Below are positions 57,977 to 64,000 of a stretch of DNA of 64,000 nt, piece after piece. The stretch comes from an uncultured Fibrobacteraceae bacterium. GTDB lineage: Bacteria > Krumholzibacteriota > Krumholzibacteriia > LZORAL124-64-63. Location of the stretch: positions 169,429-233,428 of the forward strand of contig CAYTFE010000001.1 of the NCBI GenBank assembly GCA_964437115.1, read 5' to 3'. The notes beneath the pieces were generated by a model. It ran no database searches. It was not told the origin of the DNA and saw only the letters and a program-made list of their open reading frames with translations. Made by a program: the position numbers and the translations under genes. How positions within the stretch are numbered: position 1 is the first letter of the stretch; the number at the start of each line of letters is the position of its first letter.

Positions 57977-58291
57977 TTATTCCTCCACACTCTCATTGTC
58001 AATATCCTTGAGAGGTAATTTACGCAGTTCAGCAATTTCTTTATCCCTGTTTCTGAGAATATTATTAGCGCCTCGTAATTGGTTGCGAAGACGAATTTCA
58101 CGGATGCCTGCAATCATTAGGCTGAAAACAATTCCAAGTAGAAAAGAGGCAATCATTACATAATAAAGAGACAGATCAAGATACTCTTTGTTCAAGACCT
58201 TGATATCAACCGATTGTGAACTGTTTTGGGTAAAGAAAACAGCAAGTATAATAATTACCAATAGATAAATGATACTCTTAAATATTAACAT
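57977..58291 (-). CDS. lapA: LapA (YciS/DUF1049)-like small inner-membrane protein.
   Basis: 104 aa with two TM helices and a C-terminal charged coiled segment. Immediately upstream of the lapB-like gene. Confidence 0.55.
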   Translation of the reverse strand: MLIFKSIIYLLVIIILAVFFTQNSSQSVDIKVLNKEYLDLSLYYVMIASFLLGIVFSLMIAGIREIRLRNQLRGANNILRNRDKEIAELRKLPLKDIDNESVEE

Positions 58292-59624
58292 CGGCAGTTC
58301 CTTTCATGGTGGCCGCAGAAACGATTTTACCTAAAAATGAAGACCCGTTGCTGCCAGTTATCTTCACCGAAATTAAATCGCCAGGTTGAGATTCAGTTCC
58401 ATCGACAATAACCTTGCGGTTATTTGCAGATCTGGCTTTTACTGAATTTTCGGAATGTCTAGCTTCTCCCTCAACTACAACAGACCATATTTCACCAACA
58501 GCGTCTTTTGTTATATTCTGCCAGACTTCTTCCTGAACATCCAGCAATTCCGACAATCTTTCTTTTTTAATTTCGATCGGCACATCGTCAATCATTTTAC
58601 ATGCTGGTGTTCCTGGTCGTTCTGAATACTTGAAACAGAAGGCCTGATCGAATTTGACATCGCGCATCAGCTGGACAGTTTGCCTGAAATCATCATCTGT
58701 CTCACCCGGGAATCCAACAATGAAATCTCCGGAGAATGTTACATCAGGAATCTTTAGCCTAGCTTGCTCTATAATTCGCATATAGTCAGCAACTTTATAA
58801 TATCTTTTCATTCTTTTTAATACCCGATCACTACCACTTTGGGCAGGGATATGAAGCCATGGACAAACTGCATCAAGTTCTGCAATTGTATCAATCAACT
58901 CATCGTCGATGTCACAAGGGTGGCTGGTCAGAAAACGAATACGATCAAGATTTTCAATTCTGGAAACCTGTTGAATCAGTTTGGTAAAATTCATCCCTGG
59001 AGCGCTATATGCTGTAACATTTTGACCAAGCAGAGTTACTTCCCTGCCACCTTGATCAACAATGTTTTTAATCTCATCTAAAATCATCAGAGGAGATTTT
59101 TCACGTTGTGGACCACGAGTCGATGGCACAATACAGTAGGTGCATTTGTAATCGCACCCTTTATGAATAGTAACTAAATGAGAATTATTGACAGGATATG
59201 CTTCAACTGGCGCAACATAGTGAACATCATCCTGGTGGCCGGTTGCTACATTGACTTTAGCGTTTCCAGCTACTGCATTTTCGAGCAGTTGAGGTAATTG
59301 TGCATATTGGTCTACGCCAGCTATAAGGTCAGGTCGATGAGAAACTTCATGAAGCTTTTTACCCAAACGTTCGGCCATACAACCGCAAATACCGATTATT
59401 TGTTTAGGGCGATTTGCACGTTTCTGTTTTATGCGCAAACTACCTATGCGGCTCAGAATTTTGTGTTCAGCATGGTCTCTAACTGAACAGGTATTTATCA
59501 AAACAGCATCAGCAATTTCAGGCAATTCAACGGTAGTATGACCAGCATCTTCAAGTATGCCAGTAATAGCTGTAGAATCATACGAATTCATCTGACAGCC
59601 ATAAGTTTCAATAAATATCTTCAA
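58278..59624 (-). CDS. miaB: tRNA-i6A37 methylthiotransferase MiaB.
   Basis: N-terminal UPF0004 (FIETYGCQMNSYDS), radical SAM CxxxCxxC (CDYKCTYC), and a TRAM domain. Confidence 0.9.
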   Translation of the reverse strand: MKIFIETYGCQMNSYDSTAITGILEDAGHTTVELPEIADAVLINTCSVRDHAEHKILSRIGSLRIKQKRANRPKQIIGICGCMAERLGKKLHEVSHRPDLIAGVDQYAQLPQLLENAVAGNAKVNVATGHQDDVHYVAPVEAYPVNNSHLVTIHKGCDYKCTYCIVPSTRGPQREKSPLMILDEIKNIVDQGGREVTLLGQNVTAYSAPGMNFTKLIQQVSRIENLDRIRFLTSHPCDIDDELIDTIAELDAVCPWLHIPAQSGSDRVLKRMKRYYKVADYMRIIEQARLKIPDVTFSGDFIVGFPGETDDDFRQTVQLMRDVKFDQAFCFKYSERPGTPACKMIDDVPIEIKKERLSELLDVQEEVWQNITKDAVGEIWSVVVEGEARHSENSVKARSANNRKVIVDGTESQPGDLISVKITGSNGSSFLGKIVSAATMKGTADVNI

Positions 59625-60967
59625 GACTCGTCTCCATTAATTTCAATTGTCTGCATTGTAGTTGCAGAAAGTACACCATTTTCAGGAGCACCGATTTTCA
59701 CTTTAAGCAGAGTTCCAGTTTTACATGTCTCTGGAACTTGAATTGTTGTAAAGTTATCCAAAGTAGCATTAATATGTCCAGGAATACCCTGCCCACTCTC
59801 CACTATAGCTTCATGCCAGGTACCTTGCAAACCTTGTTCAAATAGATCTTTTTTAATTTCGCTCAATTGCCTGAGTTTCTTTGAACGCTCAGATGCAATT
59901 AAGGGGTTAACTTGTTTCATTTGTTCAGCTTTTGTGCCCGGTCTGGAAGAATACTGAAATATATGCATATAAGACATTGGCAGTTGTTCAAGTGCTGAAT
60001 ACGTTTCCTCAAACTCAGAATCTGTTTCTTCAGGAAAACCTGTAATTATATCTGCTCCAATCCCAAATCCCGGCAGCAACTTTTCAGCTTTCTTAATTAC
60101 AATAATTGCAATGTCTGTGCGATATGGTCTTTTCATTCTTTCAAGTACAGAATCAGACAAACTTTGCAAAGAGAGGTGCAAGTATGGTTGTAAGTTTTTG
60201 AATTCACTGAAAAGTGAAAGTAACTCATCGTCAACTTCATTTGGATGAATACTGCTTAATCGGAATCTCAACTCAGGGAATTGAGTCAATATTATGGTTA
60301 ACATTTCATACAACGAGATTCTCTGTGAAAAATCGTTGCCATAGCTGCCAACATTGACACCAGTCAATACAAATTCAATGAAACCTTTATTGGCTAGTCT
60401 TTCAATTTGCTCTGCAATATCTTCTACAGTTCTGCTACGGGCCGGTCCCCTTGCTTTCCAAATCAAGCAATAAGTGCAGCGAAGATTACAGCCATCCTGA
60501 ATCTTTACAAAAGCCCTGGTCTTTCCTTCAAAATTTGAAATTAATTCCGATCTGAACTGCATATGTTTATGAAAAGACTCAACTTCTAAAATTTTTGTAT
60601 TCGAAATAATTAAATCAGGTAACCAGTCGGATATATTTTCTCTTTCCGAAATACCATAAATGCCATCAATTTCCGGAATATCTGAAAGAACTTCAGGTTG
60701 TGTCTGGGCATAGCAACCCGTGACAACTACTTTTGCCCCTGGGTTTTTATTCTTTATTCGACGAGCAGTTTGTCGAGTCTTCTGATCAGCTTTACCAGTA
60801 ACGGTACAACTGTTTATGATGAATACATCGGCATCGGAATCCCAAGGCACCACTTCACAATTAATATTGGCAGGTAAAGCGGTTTTCATAGCTTCAGTGT
60901 CATACTGATTTAGTCGACAGCCAAGCGTGTAGAAAGCTATTTTTACTGTTGTGGTACAGTTATCCAA
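59621..60967 (-). CDS. mtaB: MiaB-family methylthiotransferase, MtaB-like (t6A37 methylthiotransferase).
   Basis: KIAFYTLGCRLNQYDTEA N-terminus (MtaB/YqeV-type), radical SAM CNLRCTYC, and a TRAM domain. Confidence 0.75.
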   Translation of the reverse strand: MDNCTTTVKIAFYTLGCRLNQYDTEAMKTALPANINCEVVPWDSDADVFIINSCTVTGKADQKTRQTARRIKNKNPGAKVVVTGCYAQTQPEVLSDIPEIDGIYGISERENISDWLPDLIISNTKILEVESFHKHMQFRSELISNFEGKTRAFVKIQDGCNLRCTYCLIWKARGPARSRTVEDIAEQIERLANKGFIEFVLTGVNVGSYGNDFSQRISLYEMLTIILTQFPELRFRLSSIHPNEVDDELLSLFSEFKNLQPYLHLSLQSLSDSVLERMKRPYRTDIAIIVIKKAEKLLPGFGIGADIITGFPEETDSEFEETYSALEQLPMSYMHIFQYSSRPGTKAEQMKQVNPLIASERSKKLRQLSEIKKDLFEQGLQGTWHEAIVESGQGIPGHINATLDNFTTIQVPETCKTGTLLKVKIGAPENGVLSATTMQTIEINGDES

Positions 60968-61039
60968 AACATCTCCATAACAGAAAACGGGAAGGATTTC
61001 TCCTCCCCGTCACTATCATTAATAATCAGAATACACTGA

Positions 61040-63154
61040 TTACTCTTCTTCTTTTACTTCTTCCTCAGTCTCAGAAGATTCAGCTTCTGCAGCATTATCA
61101 TCTTCTACAACTTCGGGAGCAGCTTCTTCTGTTACTTCTGCTTTTTCTTCCATTTTCTCCTCAGCAACTTCTTCAGTTTCAGCTACACTATCTTCAACAG
61201 ATTTATAATCTGCATCAGTCATATCCGCAGCTTCAGCTTCTTCTGCATAAGGATCAACTGGAGACTCGTCATCATCTTTTTTAGAATCAGATTTCTTTGC
61301 TTCTTCTGCTTCAGCAGCTTTATCCGCTTCAACAACATCTTCCATAATTGGATGATCAGCCAGGAATTCTTCCAGAAGCTCAGCATGGTCTTTGTAATAA
61401 TCGGCAATCGAAAGAACGATGCGACGATTCTCAGAGTCCATTTTAATTACCTGCATAGGCAATACTTCATCTTCACGGAAGTGGTACAAAGGTTTCTCAA
61501 CCTGAGGAATTCCACAATGACCTGTTGGGACAAAGCCCTCAAGGTTTTCATCGATCTCGACAACTACGCCGTGATCCAGCATACGGATTACCTTACCATT
61601 GATTTCGCGTCCATTTGGATAGTCCTCAGCAATTTGTGGCCAAGGATTTTCCTGCATTTGTTTGATACCCAAACTTATGCGGCGTTTTTCGGTATCGGTG
61701 TCCAGAATCTGAACTTGAATACTGTCGCCTTTACGGACAACTTCTTTTGGATGACGAACACGCTTGGTCCAGGACATATCAGAGATATGAACCAGTCCAT
61801 CAATGCCTTCTTCAACTTCAACAAAAGCACCAAAATCTGTCAGGTTGCGAACGCGACCTTCAATGATGGTACCTACTGGGTAACGAGTTGAAAGAGTCAA
61901 CCATGGGTCATCTTCACATTGCTTCAAGCCAAGAGAAATTTTCTCACTGCTTTTGTCAACTGTGAGAACCATTACTTCAACTTCATCGCCGATTGAAAGA
62001 ATCTTTGATGGGTGTTTGATGTGACGTGTCCAAGACATTTCGCTGATATGAATAAGGCCTTCAATGCCTTCTTCAAGTTCAACAAAAGCACCGTAGTTTG
62101 TAATGCTGACAACTTTTCCGTCGACAACAGTTTCTGGTGCATAGTTTTTCTCAACGTGCTCCCAAGGGTAATCCAGCAATTGTTTCAGGCCTAGAGAAAT
62201 ACGTTCGCGGTCACGGTCGAAATCAAGAACTTTAACATCGATTTCTTCACCAATTGTTACAACTTCACCAGGGTTCTTGACGCGTCCCCAGGAAAGATCT
62301 GTAATGTGAAGCAGACCGTCGATTCCGCCAAGGTCAACAAAAGCACCAAAATCAGTGATGTTTTTGACGATACCTTTGCGCACCTGATCTTTATCCAACT
62401 CAGACATGAGATTTGATTTTTTGGATTCGCGCTCTTTCTCCAGAACAACACGACGACTCACAACAACGTTGCGACGACGTTTGTTTTTCTTGATGATTTG
62501 GCAACTGATTTCAGTTCCGATAAGATCGTCAAGATCCGGAACCTGACGCAAGGCAACTTGTGAGCCAGGAAGGAATGTGTCTACATTCCACAACTTGACT
62601 ACGAGTCCACCCTTGATGCGACGGTCAACAAGACCAGAAACAATATCGCCATTCTCATGAGCGACTTTTATTTTGTCCCAGACTTTCAGGAAGTCAGCAC
62701 GTTCCTTGGAAAGAACAACAAGACCGTCCTGGTCTTCGAGGCTTTCCAAAAATACATCAAACTCATCACCTTCGGAAAGGCCTTCAGTCTGTTTAAACTC
62801 TTCGATCGGGATAACGCCTTCACTCTTGAAGCCGATGTTCAGAAGAACTTCGCTCTCCCTGACTTCAACTACAGTTCCGAGTAAAATCTGACCTTGACGA
62901 ATTTCGTTCAAAGTCTCCTCGTAACCATTCAAAAGAGCTAGCATTTCATCATCGCTTAATTCTGTCTCGTCTTCTTCGATATAATCTCGGTTGACGATAA
63001 TATTGCGATCAAGTTCTTTGGTCAATTTTGGCGTGGTTGCCAACATAGCAGATCCGGAAGAGTCCTCTGATCCATTATTATCAACAGGACGGTTCTCAGT
63101 TGCGGAAGGATCAGCGCTAAATGCTTGATCCCCCTCATTGGGGTTAGAATTCAT
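61040..63154 (-). CDS. rpsA: 30S ribosomal protein S1 with six S1 domains, flanked by acidic N- and C-terminal extensions.
   Basis: Repeated S1-domain signatures (G.V..I.DFGAFV...GLLHIS...W). AGGAGG SD. The roughly 100-aa C-terminal tail is Glu/Ala-rich. Confidence 0.9.
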   Translation of the reverse strand: MNSNPNEGDQAFSADPSATENRPVDNNGSEDSSGSAMLATTPKLTKELDRNIIVNRDYIEEDETELSDDEMLALLNGYEETLNEIRQGQILLGTVVEVRESEVLLNIGFKSEGVIPIEEFKQTEGLSEGDEFDVFLESLEDQDGLVVLSKERADFLKVWDKIKVAHENGDIVSGLVDRRIKGGLVVKLWNVDTFLPGSQVALRQVPDLDDLIGTEISCQIIKKNKRRRNVVVSRRVVLEKERESKKSNLMSELDKDQVRKGIVKNITDFGAFVDLGGIDGLLHITDLSWGRVKNPGEVVTIGEEIDVKVLDFDRDRERISLGLKQLLDYPWEHVEKNYAPETVVDGKVVSITNYGAFVELEEGIEGLIHISEMSWTRHIKHPSKILSIGDEVEVMVLTVDKSSEKISLGLKQCEDDPWLTLSTRYPVGTIIEGRVRNLTDFGAFVEVEEGIDGLVHISDMSWTKRVRHPKEVVRKGDSIQVQILDTDTEKRRISLGIKQMQENPWPQIAEDYPNGREINGKVIRMLDHGVVVEIDENLEGFVPTGHCGIPQVEKPLYHFREDEVLPMQVIKMDSENRRIVLSIADYYKDHAELLEEFLADHPIMEDVVEADKAAEAEEAKKSDSKKDDDESPVDPYAEEAEAADMTDADYKSVEDSVAETEEVAEEKMEEKAEVTEEAAPEVVEDDNAAEAESSETEEEVKEEE

Positions 63155-63253
63155 GGGTTATTTCCTCCTAAGAAACATATTTACCCGATTTGTGAATCGA
63201 GTATGACGGTATAATACATTCTAAATGACATAATTGCAAGATTCTAGGGGCAG

Positions 63254-63988
63254 TTATTTACGTTTTCTAAAGGTTAATTTCTCTTTTTTTGCAGCATAAA
63301 TTCGCTGCCAACTGGTCTGTTCCTTTTCCCAATTCGTTAGTGGTGTCTCTGCGAAGGTTCTATCCTGCATTTCACGATAAATATGGTCAAATAATGAGCT
63401 AATTCGTTGATTTATAGCTCTACGATCAAGTGTTTCGACCAAATATGGCAATGCATCCATGAAAACAGGGCGTTCTATTCTAACCTCAAGTGGTGAACGC
63501 ATAGATCCACCAGGCTGAGGCTCAGTTGTCCCTCTGACAAAAACAGGCACAGTTGGAGCTTTAGATCGCTGAATCAGGATAGCCAAACCACCACGAACCG
63601 GGCCGGGCTCACCAAGAGGTCTACGCATTCCCTCAGGGTAGAATTTGATGCATTTCCCCTCTTCAAGCGCCTCTGCTGCACGATCAAATGCCGATGGATC
63701 ATAAGCAGCTCGTTTTATCGGAATTGTGTTTACAAAAGCGAATAAATGATTCATTGGCCATGGCTTGAAAAGTTCTTCCTTGGCAACAGCACAAATTGCG
63801 CCCAGGCCGTGGAAAGTACCGCCTATAATTGGTGGATCCCAAAGACTGATATGATTTGGTGCGATTATGAAACCCTCAGGTCGGACCAGGTTTTCTCTGC
63901 CAAAAGTTTTTGCGCCAACAAAACGCAATAGTACATTCATCGCTGTTAAAACCATCTTATATTTCAGTGTTTGTGAAGCGATGGGCAA
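63254..63988 (-). CDS. plsC: 1-Acyl-sn-glycerol-3-phosphate acyltransferase (PlsC family). The N-terminus lies within 12 nt of the window edge.
   Basis: HxxxxD motif (NHISLWDP) and FPEG motif (FYPEGMRR). Confidence 0.75.
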   Translation of the reverse strand: MPIASQTLKYKMVLTAMNVLLRFVGAKTFGRENLVRPEGFIIAPNHISLWDPPIIGGTFHGLGAICAVAKEELFKPWPMNHLFAFVNTIPIKRAAYDPSAFDRAAEALEEGKCIKFYPEGMRRPLGEPGPVRGGLAILIQRSKAPTVPVFVRGTTEPQPGGSMRSPLEVRIERPVFMDALPYLVETLDRRAINQRISSLFDHIYREMQDRTFAETPLTNWEKEQTSWQRIYAAKKEKLTFRKRK

Positions 63989-64000
63989 ATGCTTTTCAGG

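Noticed and set aside
60949-61284. 111-aa plus-strand ORF with poly-Leu/Gln (LLLLLPQSQKIQLLQ...).
   Set aside because: It is the mirror image of the GAA/GCT-rich region encoding the acidic tail of S1. Low-complexity antisense artefact.

Overview
This 64-kb window is mostly a conserved core-genome segment of a low-GC (about 40%) bacterium, with two polysaccharide/envelope loci and seven tRNA genes. Shine-Dalgarno sites are present upstream of most genes. Several protein families point to an FCB-group-like lineage: a short sigma-A lacking region 1.1, RNase Y, and DUF4837-, DUF4834- and DUF4870-like proteins. That lineage call is inference.

Plus strand, 1–38.7 kb:
- an envelope module of a partial zf-HC2 anti-sigma factor, a lipoprotein and an outer-membrane beta-barrel;
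- an orphan ParA;
- a cyclitol/amino-sugar glycan locus: myo-inositol-3-phosphate synthase, MBL hydrolase, DegT aminotransferase, Gfo/Idh/MocA oxidoreductase, two small phosphoglycosyl transferases, GT1 and GT2, interrupted by tRNA-Gly, tRNA-Cys and tRNA-Leu;
- dnaK, sigma-A and tRNA-Val;
- the classical thrS-infC-rpmI-rplT-pheS-pheT cluster, then a ZapB-like coiled-coil gene, zapA and a structured candidate 6S-like RNA;
- rny, folD, ispA, dxs, nadK, recN and tRNA-Arg;
- a UDP-GalNAcA-type EPS block (TviB/TviC-like dehydrogenase and epimerase, Wza-like exporter, PGT) with an atypical NtrC-family regulator;
- lptE, holA and trxA.

Minus strand, 39.7–64 kb, one long co-oriented block: tRNA-Arg, apt, LysM-M23 peptidase, surE, GT2, LpxL-like, tRNA-Pro, MerR, gpsA, plsY, der, PDZ-radical SAM (DUF512-like), miaA, mutL, an unknown 499-aa protein, mutS, a TPR-SPOR protein, lapB, lapA, miaB, mtaB, rpsA and plsC.

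No CRISPR array, integrase, transposase or rRNA is visible. The most notable signals are listed under findings. All protein calls rest on motifs recalled from memory, because no searches could be run.
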